A stretch of DNA of 20,907 nucleotides from Clostridia bacterium (GTDB lineage Bacteria; Bacillota; Clostridia; UMGS1883). Positions 8,129 to 14,844 of this stretch are shown piece after piece. The position numbers and the translations under genes are program-made. Location of the stretch: NCBI GenBank assembly GCA_051866635.1, contig JBJDXJ010000004.1:1-20907 (forward strand). The letters run 5' to 3'. The notes beneath the pieces are model-generated. The model ran no database searches, was not told the DNA's origin, and worked only from the letters and a program-made list of their open reading frames with translations. Each line of letters starts with the position of its first letter. Positions within the stretch are counted from its first letter, which is position 1.

Positions 8129-8211
8129 ATATGTAATAAAAACAAACTATTTGAGGATACTGAGTTTGGTAGCATATTTTAAGTTTGGCAACAGATTATT
8201 AATACAGAATT

Positions 8212-8238
8212 GTAATTGAAAAAAATTGTTAAACTTTC
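8212..8238 (+). repeat. 27-bp direct repeat, right copy (att-like)
   Basis: Identical to 6522-6548. Confidence 0.92.
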
Positions 8239-8318
8239 TTCCAACTATTTCTTTGGATAAAATTCCTCATAATTCAAACAATAGTCTTGAACTAAATTGA
8301 ATTTAAAGGAGTATATAT

Positions 8319-8855
8319 ATGAAAGCAACAGGCATTGTAAGACGAATTGACGACTTGGGCAGAGTTGTTATTCCAAAAGAAATAAGAAGGGTTCTTCGCA
8401 TCCGTGAAGGGGACCCCCTTGAAATATTTACAGAACGTGACGGAGAAGTTATTTTTAAAAAGTATTCCCCCATCGGTGAGCTTGGTGATTTTGCATTAAG
8501 TTATGCCGAAACATTGTCAAAAACAAGCGGTACAGCCGCAGTTATCACTGACAAGGATAATATAATCGCAGTATCAGGTGTTCCTAAACGTGAGTTTGCC
8601 CAGAAGCGTGTCAGCCATGCATTAGAGAAACTTATGGAAGAAAAATCTTCATTTATAATGAAAAATGATTCCGATACGTTCCCCGTTGTTGAGGGAACTG
8701 ATAAATATATGGCAGGCGTTGTTCATCCCATAATTTCCGAAGGTGATACAATAGGAAGTGTTGTACTTTTGAAGGAAGACGGCACAATAGGCGAAATACA
8801 GGACAAATTGGCAGAATCTGCCGCAGGTTTTTTGGGCAAACATATGGAAAACTAA
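8319..8855 (+). CDS. spoVT: Stage V sporulation protein T (AbrB-like regulator with GAF domain)
   Basis: MKATGIVRRIDDLGRVVIPKEIRRVLRIREGDPLEIF N-terminus; C-terminal AAGFLGKHME; RBS AAGGAG. Confidence 0.96.
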   Translation: MKATGIVRRIDDLGRVVIPKEIRRVLRIREGDPLEIFTERDGEVIFKKYSPIGELGDFALSYAETLSKTSGTAAVITDKDNIIAVSGVPKREFAQKRVSHALEKLMEEKSSFIMKNDSDTFPVVEGTDKYMAGVVHPIISEGDTIGSVVLLKEDGTIGEIQDKLAESAAGFLGKHMEN

Positions 8856-8883
8856 AACATTTATTTTTTTAGAATATGCATCA

Positions 8884-8930
8884 AACCCCAACGGAAGACT
8901 TTGTTCTTTTCCGCTTTGGGGTTTCTTGTT
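8884..8930 (+). terminator. Terminator after spoVT
   Basis: AAACCCCAA-CGGAAGA...TTTTCCG-CT-TTGGGGTTT hairpin with a T-rich tail. Confidence 0.6.
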
Positions 8931-9085
8931 TACAAAAAATGTTGCATTTTTGAAACCAAGTTAAATTTTACATGATTTTATTTTACATACCTTGCACACA
9001 ATACTATTGTGACATTGAAAAAGCTTTTAAACGCTTTTGATGCTCACTTAATAATATAGATATAAAAACAAGGAGTAAATGAAAA

Positions 9086-9292
9086 ATGGCTAGAAATAAG
9101 AATCTCGTACCCCAGGCAAAGAGTGCTATGAACAAGTTTAAGATGGAAGCTGCAAACGAAGTTGGAGTAAATCTCGCAAACGGTTACAACGGTGACCTTA
9201 CAAGTAAGCAGGCTGGCTCTATCGGTGGTCAGATGGTTAAGAAAATGATTATGAACTACGAACAGGGTCTTGCAAATAATTCTCAGAACTAA
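9086..9292 (+). CDS. Alpha/beta-type small acid-soluble spore protein
   Basis: LVPQAK.AMNKFKMEAANEVGV..GYNGDLTSKQAGSIGGQMVKKMI; RBS AAGGAG. Confidence 0.95.
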   Translation: MARNKNLVPQAKSAMNKFKMEAANEVGVNLANGYNGDLTSKQAGSIGGQMVKKMIMNYEQGLANNSQN

Positions 9293-9308
9293 ATAACAAA
9301 ATTCAACT

Positions 9309-9346
9309 TAAAAGGGTCGGGCATTAAATCGCCTGACCCTTTTTTA
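9309..9346. terminator. Bidirectional terminator (SASP gene and, probably, the ancestral tRNA-Leu transcript)
   Basis: AAAAGGGTCGGGC-ATTAAATC-GCCTGACCCTTTTTT. Confidence 0.8.
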
Positions 9347-9431
9347 CGCAAAAAATTCTGGTGTTCTTACAGGACTTATGCAAAAACAAAATAAAATCAA
9401 GAGTTTCAGACACTAAGTAATCGTCAACAAC

Positions 9432-9640
9432 CTAATCTATGATTTTGACTGATACCTTGTAAGCAACAATTCTTCTTGCAAATAAATCTAAAACAGTGCA
9501 TACATAATTAAACCTGTCAGCAACACGGATATAGGTAAAGTCACATGACCAAATAAAATTCAGAGCAGGTTTATTAAAATTTTGGGCAAGAATATTGCCG
9601 CACTCGCCTTCATCGGTTTTGTGATAAGATAATTTGGGTG
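9432..9640 (-). pseudogene. IS3-family transposase fragment (N-terminal part of the rve/DDE domain)
   Basis: Manual translation NILAQNFNKPALNFIWSCDFTYIRVADRFNYVCTVLDLFARRIVAYKVS matches the IS3 pattern W..D(I/F)TYI....YL..V.DLF.R.IV.Y; no start codon, truncated. Confidence 0.8.
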
Positions 9641-9701
9641 GAAAAAGAGGGTGCTAACTCAATGCAGTGAAATTTCACTTATTGAGATATGCCTTTGCAT
9701 T

Positions 9702-9756
9702 TTCCACATATATTCCACATAGCTCTCATAATCATTCCAAAAATACACAGTATAAT
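9702..9756 (+). promoter_or_regulatory. OmpR/PhoB-type tandem boxes and -10 element
   Basis: 11-bp period: TTCCACATA (9702), TTCCACATA (9713), TCTCATAAT (9724), TTCCAAAAA (9735); then TATAAT at 9751-9756 with no consensus -35. Confidence 0.6.
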
Positions 9757-9808
9757 CAAGCCATAGAAACCAAGAAGGTTTCAAAAAATAAAAAGGAGTT
9801 GTTTTATT

Positions 9809-10231
9809 ATGACTAAGAAAATGAAGGTAATTGGAATGGCAACAGCGGCAGTATTGGTAATTTCAAGTATGTCTGTTTTTGCAGCAGATACTGAATATAG
9901 TTATCTGGCAGGCAGAGCAAAAGGTAGCCAATATGCAAGTACTGATGAAAGAGCCGATGTGGAAAGCTATGGTTTCAGAAAGGGTGGCAATCTTGAAACA
10001 AGACTTGAGAACGGTGAAATCACTCAGGAAGAATATGATGCCATAGAATCTGACAAAGGTAACAGAGACGCAAAGCTCAAGGAAAAACTCGCCACAGGTG
10101 AAATTACTCAGGAAGAGGTTGATGCTATAAAAGCTGAAATTGAAGCAAGGCATGAGGGAAAAGGAAAATCAGGTTTTAGAAAAGACACAGTAAAATCAGA
10201 AAGCAACATAGGAACTGATACAGAAGTATAA
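9809..10231 (+). CDS. Secreted hypothetical protein with two GEITQEE(Y/V)DAI repeats (SHOCT/DUF2680-like)
   Basis: Signal peptide ending SVFA|A; repeats LENGEITQEEYDAI and LATGEITQEEVDAI; RBS AAGGAG. Confidence 0.8.
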   Translation: MTKKMKVIGMATAAVLVISSMSVFAADTEYSYLAGRAKGSQYASTDERADVESYGFRKGGNLETRLENGEITQEEYDAIESDKGNRDAKLKEKLATGEITQEEVDAIKAEIEARHEGKGKSGFRKDTVKSESNIGTDTEV

Positions 10232-10246
10232 ATTGTTTGTGAGTTT

Positions 10247-10283
10247 TACGGCACAGCATAGTTGTCTGTGCCGTATTCTTTTT
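10247..10283 (+). terminator. Intrinsic terminator
   Basis: TACGGCACAG-N9-CTGTGCCGTA followed by TTCTTTTT. Confidence 0.75.
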
Positions 10284-10356
10284 ATTCTGAAAAAGACATT
10301 GAAAAATCAAACAATGTAGTATAATATATATGTAATAACAAATCAAGGTGATAAAA

Positions 10357-11034
10357 ATGGCGAGACTACTCATAGTTGATGATGAATCTGATATACGCTC
10401 ACTTATCAAAAGATATGCAGAGCGTGAGAAACATGAGGTTATGACTGCATCTGACGGACTACAGTCTATCGAATTGTGCAAGAAAAACGATTTTGATATC
10501 ATTATCATGGATATAATGATGCCTGAAATGGACGGATTTACGGTGTGTAAAGAAATCAAAAAGATTAAAGATATCCCTGTTCTCATGTTATCGGCACGTG
10601 GCGAGGAATATGACAAGCTATTCGGATTTGAAGTCGGTGTTGACGATTATGTGATAAAACCTTTTTCACCGAAGGAGCTTATGGCAAGAGTGAATGTAAT
10701 AGTGACACGCAATAAAAAGCGTGATATATCCATAGATGATAGAGAAGAAATTGTACTGAACGGAATTAGAATTGACACACTCGGAAGAAATGTATATATT
10801 GACGATGCTATAATAGCACTTACCGCAAAAGAATATGATATATTATTGTATTTTGTGCAAAATCAAGGCATCGCATTATCGCGGGATAATATCTTAAATG
10901 CTATTTGGGGATACGACTATTTTGGCGAAGACAGAACAGTCGATTGGCAAATAAAACTCCTGCGTTCAAAATTAGGAAATTATCGTACATACATAAAAAC
11001 ACTCAGAGGGGTGGGATATAAATTTGAAAGCTAA
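10357..11034 (+). CDS. OmpR-family response regulator
   Basis: LIVDDE, DIMMPEMDG, GVDDYVIKPFS and winged-helix RTVDWQIK.LR.KL..TLRGVGYKF; ATG 10357 behind AAGGTG. Confidence 0.95.
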   Translation: MARLLIVDDESDIRSLIKRYAEREKHEVMTASDGLQSIELCKKNDFDIIIMDIMMPEMDGFTVCKEIKKIKDIPVLMLSARGEEYDKLFGFEVGVDDYVIKPFSPKELMARVNVIVTRNKKRDISIDDREEIVLNGIRIDTLGRNVYIDDAIIALTAKEYDILLYFVQNQGIALSRDNILNAIWGYDYFGEDRTVDWQIKLLRSKLGNYRTYIKTLRGVGYKFES

Positions 11035-12460
11035 ATCCTTTGGCGTAAAACTGTGGATGTATTTTGCATTGTTTACCGCAGTTATATTTTGCCTGTTATG
11101 GCTTATGCAAACGGTTTTTCTGCAATCATTTTATAATAAAATGGAAATCAGAAATATAAATTACTGTGCTGAACGAGTGGTAAATGAGCAAAACAATGAA
11201 GAGTTGACAGAAATTATTGATGACATTGCACATAAGAATGCCTTACTTGTTTTTTTAACTGCCCTTGACGGGAATGTTATTTACAGCACAGATGAACATA
11301 ACTATAAAAAAGGAAATTGGCAAAGAACACAGCAGAATGAAAATCCGTTCAAAAACAATACGGAACAATTGAACTGGCAGAAGGGAACTTTTCGCAATCT
11401 TCCCGATGGGTATGAAGATTTTTTATTAAAGTTATCCGAAAGCGATAGAAAAACAGTTAATTACGAAAATGATGATTCATTTATATATGGAACTGTTCTT
11501 GATAACAACAATGTGTTATATATAAGCAAGCCTCTTGATTCGGTTGAGGGAACAATAAATATCCTTTGCAAACAGCTTATATTGGTAACGTTTGCCTCTC
11601 TGATTTTCGGCTTTATACTTTCGTATTTTGTTTCACGCAGATTTTCAAAACCGATTAAATCTATTACAGAGCAGGCGTTAAATATCAACAATGCAGAATA
11701 CCAACCACATTTTGACAAAGGATTTTGTAAGGAAACCGATGAATTATCCGAGATTATAGAAAAAACTTCTAAGGATTTAATAAAAGCGGAAAATTACCAC
11801 CGTGAGTTTTTTGCCAATATTTCTCATGATCTTCGCACGCCGTTGACAATGATAAAAGGATATGCGGAGATGGTAAAGGATTTTTCGTGGCAGGAAAAAG
11901 ATGCACGTGAAAACGACCTTGATGTCATTATTAAAGAAAGTGACCGCTTAACAAGTCTTGTAAATGAGATTTTGGAATACGGAACATTGCAATCAAAGAC
12001 CAAAAAGTATGATATTAAAAGATGCAATATGTCCGAGATTGCTTCTGATATTGTAAAACAATTTGCCTCACTGTGTGAAAACAACGGAATAGTTATAAAC
12101 GCAAATATTGAAAATGATTTATTTGCATTATGTGATGAACAGGAAATATCCCGTGTATTGTATAACTTTATAGATAATGCCATGAATCATACTAAAAATG
12201 AAATTACAGTATCCATAGAACAAAATGATGATAAAGTGTTTGTGGAAGTGCATGATTTTGGGGACGGAATAGACGAAGAAAGCTTAGAATATATATGGGA
12301 CAGATATTTTACAGAAAAACAGAGTAAACGTACAAAAACAGGCTCTGGGCTTGGACTTGCCATTTCAAAGGAAATACTGTCTGCTCATAATGCTGAATAT
12401 GGTGTTGCAAGCAAAACCGGTGACGGGACAACATTTTGGTTTGCTTTAGAAAGGGCATAA
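11024..12460 (+). CDS. Sensor histidine kinase (2 TM, HAMP-like, HisKA, HATPase)
   Basis: H-box ANISHDLRTPLT, N-box NFIDNA, G1 DFGDGI, G2 GSGLGLAI; overlaps the regulator stop. Confidence 0.95.
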   Translation: MKAKSFGVKLWMYFALFTAVIFCLLWLMQTVFLQSFYNKMEIRNINYCAERVVNEQNNEELTEIIDDIAHKNALLVFLTALDGNVIYSTDEHNYKKGNWQRTQQNENPFKNNTEQLNWQKGTFRNLPDGYEDFLLKLSESDRKTVNYENDDSFIYGTVLDNNNVLYISKPLDSVEGTINILCKQLILVTFASLIFGFILSYFVSRRFSKPIKSITEQALNINNAEYQPHFDKGFCKETDELSEIIEKTSKDLIKAENYHREFFANISHDLRTPLTMIKGYAEMVKDFSWQEKDARENDLDVIIKESDRLTSLVNEILEYGTLQSKTKKYDIKRCNMSEIASDIVKQFASLCENNGIVINANIENDLFALCDEQEISRVLYNFIDNAMNHTKNEITVSIEQNDDKVFVEVHDFGDGIDEESLEYIWDRYFTEKQSKRTKTGSGLGLAISKEILSAHNAEYGVASKTGDGTTFWFALERA

Positions 12461-12513
12461 AATACATAAAGTCTAATAACTGTTGTTACAAAAAATGTAA
12501 AATGTTGATGATT

Positions 12514-12684
12514 ATGGCTAAAATTCTTATGGTATAGCACCCACGCAAAGGGGAGAATTATTGTAACAGCAGTATTAAAATCACTATTAAAGGAAATACG
12601 GAACGTATTGCCGACTTTATTCAAAAAGTGGCACGCGATGATTTGTTTAAAACTCAAATCATACATGAATACTGCAAAGGATAA
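12514..12684 (+). pseudogene. Flavodoxin pseudogene fragment
   Basis: Manual translation MAKILMV*HPRKGENYCNSSIKITIKGNTERIADFIQKVARDDLF resembles the flavodoxin N-terminus (Y.SR.GENY...KGNTE..A..I....GGDLF); in-frame TAG at 12535; truncated. Confidence 0.65.
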
Positions 12685-12855
12685 CAACCAAATAGGAAGT
12701 AATCAATTTGGGAATATTAAAACAATAAAGATGCAGATTCAACAGTATATGTTATTTTTGATTGGATTATTCATAGTCTCAATGGTCATTGCTTTTTCAA
12801 AAAAGCGGATAGGATTTATTTTGTTGAAAAAGAATCATAAGGATATTTTTGTTTA

Positions 12856-13028
12856 GTGAAATATCAAGCTGAGCTTGATGTGAAATAATTTACTTCGTAA
12901 ATCGTGAAATTTGAAGCTATTGTTTCAAGTAAAATGAAATAAATCCACACGCCGCAAGGCGTATTTCACATTGTGTAGCAATATTTCACGCCCGAAGGGT
13001 ATTTCACAAATCCGATAGGATTTATTTC
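12856..13028. repeat. GTGAAAT/ATTTCAC heptamer-hairpin array (structured non-coding element)
   Basis: GTGAAAT at 12856, 12880, 12904 (GTAAAAT at 12929) and ATTTCAC at 12963, 12983, 13001 (ATTTC at 13024), separated by short hairpins of differing sequence. Confidence 0.85.
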
Positions 13029-13031
13029 GTT

Positions 13032-13065
13032 GAAAAAACGACTTGTTTCGACAAGTCGTTTTTTC
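13032..13065. terminator. Bidirectional terminator abutting the tRNA CCA end
   Basis: Perfect 15-bp stem GAAAAAACGACTTGT-TTCG-ACAAGTCGTTTTTTC. Confidence 0.85.
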
Positions 13066-13149
13066 TGGTGCGGATGACAGGACTTGAACCTGCACGCCGA
13101 TGGCACCAGAACCTAAATCTGGCACGTCTGCCAATTCCGCCACATCCGC
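13066..13149 (-). tRNA. tRNA-Leu (anticodon TAG)
   Basis: GCGGATGTGGCGGAATTGGCAGACGTGCCAGATTTAGGTTCTGGTGCCATCGGCGTGCAGGTTCAAGTCCTGTCATCCGCACCA: acceptor stem GCGGATG/CATCCGC, anticodon arm CCAGA-TTTAGGT-TCTGG, long variable arm, GGTTCAA T-loop, encoded CCA. Confidence 0.97.
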
Positions 13150-13189
13150 ATACAGCAATGCAAAACATCTTAGTTTTGCATTGCTAACA

Positions 13190-13435
13190 TCACTTATTAA
13201 GATAATCTTTGAAAACTACTTCTAATATTTCGTCACGTTCAAATCTGGTAATCATGCCTCTTGCACCTTTATGGCTTGTAATGTAAGTCGGATCGCCTGA
13301 CATTATATAACCAACTAACTGACTTATAGGATTATACCCTTTTTCAGTCAATGCTTCGTGAACCAGTTTCAATATTTCACGTATTTCATCATTTTTGTCG
13401 CTTCCCAAATCAATCTTTGTAGTAAAGCTTGTCAT
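13190..13435 (-). CDS. ireB: IreB/ReoM-family regulatory phosphoprotein (UPF0297)
   Basis: VHEALTEKGYNPISQLVGYIMSGDPTYITSHKGAR..I...ERDEILE; ATG 13435 behind AAAGGA. Confidence 0.92.
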   Translation of the reverse strand: MTSFTTKIDLGSDKNDEIREILKLVHEALTEKGYNPISQLVGYIMSGDPTYITSHKGARGMITRFERDEILEVVFKDYLNK

Positions 13436-13458
13436 TTTAATCATCCTTTCCGACTATA

Positions 13459-14826
13459 TTATTTCTTAAGGAAATCATCAACGAAGTCTTCCTTCCTCAT
13501 GGTGGCATTACGTCTTTCTGCTTCCTGCTGTTTATGAATACGTCTGGCTTCACGTAATTCTTTCCTTTTCTTATTATAATTATACTGTCTTATTATAAGC
13601 AAGATTATAAAGAACAGTATAAAAGGCAAGTACAAAAATGGGGATGTAAGTATTGAACCAACCACATTCAGTACATTTTTAATAGGGTCAAATGCATAAT
13701 CCTTATCGGCAACCAAAGATATTGTACCAATTGAAACAGAATCAACAAAAAACTCTGCCGTACCAAGCACATCACCTTTTTTAACGGGAGCTTTTATATT
13801 TTCGTTAATGATATCCGTACGTTCAACCACTCCAAGTTCACTGTCCACAGCTATAAGCTGGGATAAATCTCCCCCTGCTTCTAAAAGCACCTGCTTTGCA
13901 CTTTTTGCACTTTTGATTGGAGCTTGGGCAACAATCGTTCCCTTTTCAACAACATTTGTTCTTTTATAATTTGCAAAACCATATTCAAAAAGGTTCTTAC
14001 TGTCTGCAAAATCCCTTTGTACCATATCCACCACATCAGCACCAAGGACTACACAAATAAGATTTATGCCATTCTTCGTTGCGGAAGATACAAGACATCT
14101 TTTTGCCTGGTTTGTAAAGCCTGTTTTAATACCTGTGGCGTATTCGTAATAATACAAGGAAGTCTTTCTTTTTGATACAAGGTGGTTAGTATTTAAAAGC
14201 CTTCTATCTTCAGTGTATTGTTCTGTTGCCGGAATTATGTATACATCAGTTTTTACAATTTCGCGGAAAACATCATATTTCATAGCCTCTCTGGCTAAAA
14301 TTGCCATATCCGATGCTGTTGTATAATGTAAATCATCATGGGCACCTGAAGCATTTACATAATTGGTATTAGCCATTCCAAGCTCCATTGCCCTTGTATT
14401 CATAAGCTTTATAAATTCATCCACACTACCTGAAATTCTTTCGCCCAACACGTTTGCCGCATCCCCTGCCGAAGAAACCAACAATCCGTACAAAAGCTGG
14501 CGGACACTTAACTGCTCCCCATTTTTAATGCCGATATTGGTATGCCCCGGAGGCAACAAATTCAGAACTGAATTATTTGCAGTTATAATTTCATCAAGCT
14601 CCAAATTCTCCAACGCTAAAAGTGCAACCATCACCTTCGTTGTACTTGCGGGATACATTTTTTGACTTTCATTTTTGGCAAACAAAACCTCGCCTGTGTC
14701 AGCATCTATCAAAATAGCGGCTTCTGCCATAACCTCAGGTTCCAATCCTTCCGCACAAGCCACTACCGACAATCCAAGTACAAACACAAGCACTGCCGCA
14801 CAAATTCTTATAAATTTACAATTCAT
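13459..14826 (-). CDS. D-alanyl-D-alanine carboxypeptidase (peptidase S11 plus PBP5_C), C-terminal TM anchor
   Basis: Signal peptide; YPASTTK (SxxK); KTGFT; second motif reads SAG instead of SxN; C-terminal TM and basic tail. Confidence 0.9.
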   Translation of the reverse strand: MNCKFIRICAAVLVFVLGLSVVACAEGLEPEVMAEAAILIDADTGEVLFAKNESQKMYPASTTKVMVALLALENLELDEIITANNSVLNLLPPGHTNIGIKNGEQLSVRQLLYGLLVSSAGDAANVLGERISGSVDEFIKLMNTRAMELGMANTNYVNASGAHDDLHYTTASDMAILAREAMKYDVFREIVKTDVYIIPATEQYTEDRRLLNTNHLVSKRKTSLYYYEYATGIKTGFTNQAKRCLVSSATKNGINLICVVLGADVVDMVQRDFADSKNLFEYGFANYKRTNVVEKGTIVAQAPIKSAKSAKQVLLEAGGDLSQLIAVDSELGVVERTDIINENIKAPVKKGDVLGTAEFFVDSVSIGTISLVADKDYAFDPIKNVLNVVGSILTSPFLYLPFILFFIILLIIRQYNYNKKRKELREARRIHKQQEAERRNATMRKEDFVDDFLKK

Positions 14827-14844
14827 TGGAAAAAACCTTTCTGA

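Larger units (their letters stand above)
6522..8238. mobile_element. Integrase-less genomic islet (CIME-like) carrying an AAA ATPase
   Basis: Perfect 27-bp terminal direct repeats duplicate a gene 3' end; one cargo gene with its own promoter; no recombinase. Confidence 0.75.
9356..13085. mobile_element. Eroded genomic island integrated at the tRNA-Leu 3' end
   Basis: Degenerate copy of the tRNA 3' end TTCTGGTG-ttctt-ACAGGACTT (9356-9377) versus TTCTGGTG-cggatg-ACAGGACTT (13063-13085); contains an IS3 relic, pseudogene fragments and a two-component system. Confidence 0.65.

Noticed and set aside
8250-9010. Sigma-G promoters for spoVT and the SASP gene
   Set aside because: Expected biologically, and partial matches exist (GGATA..AACAATA at 8255-8283; CACAATA at 8997-9003), but they are too degenerate to call
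5977-12183. Minus-strand ORFs opposite the methyltransferase, ATPase, spoVT, secreted protein, regulator and kinase
   Set aside because: Antisense shadows of confident genes
12385-12687. 100-aa minus-strand ORF
   Set aside because: Antisense to the kinase end and the flavodoxin relic; no recognisable motifs
12608-12856. 82-aa plus-strand ORF as an intact gene
   Set aside because: Its first part is an off-frame reading of the flavodoxin relic and its end runs through the repeat copy; probably chimeric debris
12856-13028. CRISPR array interpretation of the heptamer repeats
   Set aside because: Repeats are only 7 bp, spacers are 11-18 bp self-complementary hairpins, orientation flips midway, and no cas genes are present
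12925-13158. 77-aa minus-strand ORF
   Set aside because: It is a translation of the tRNA-Leu gene and the structured repeat
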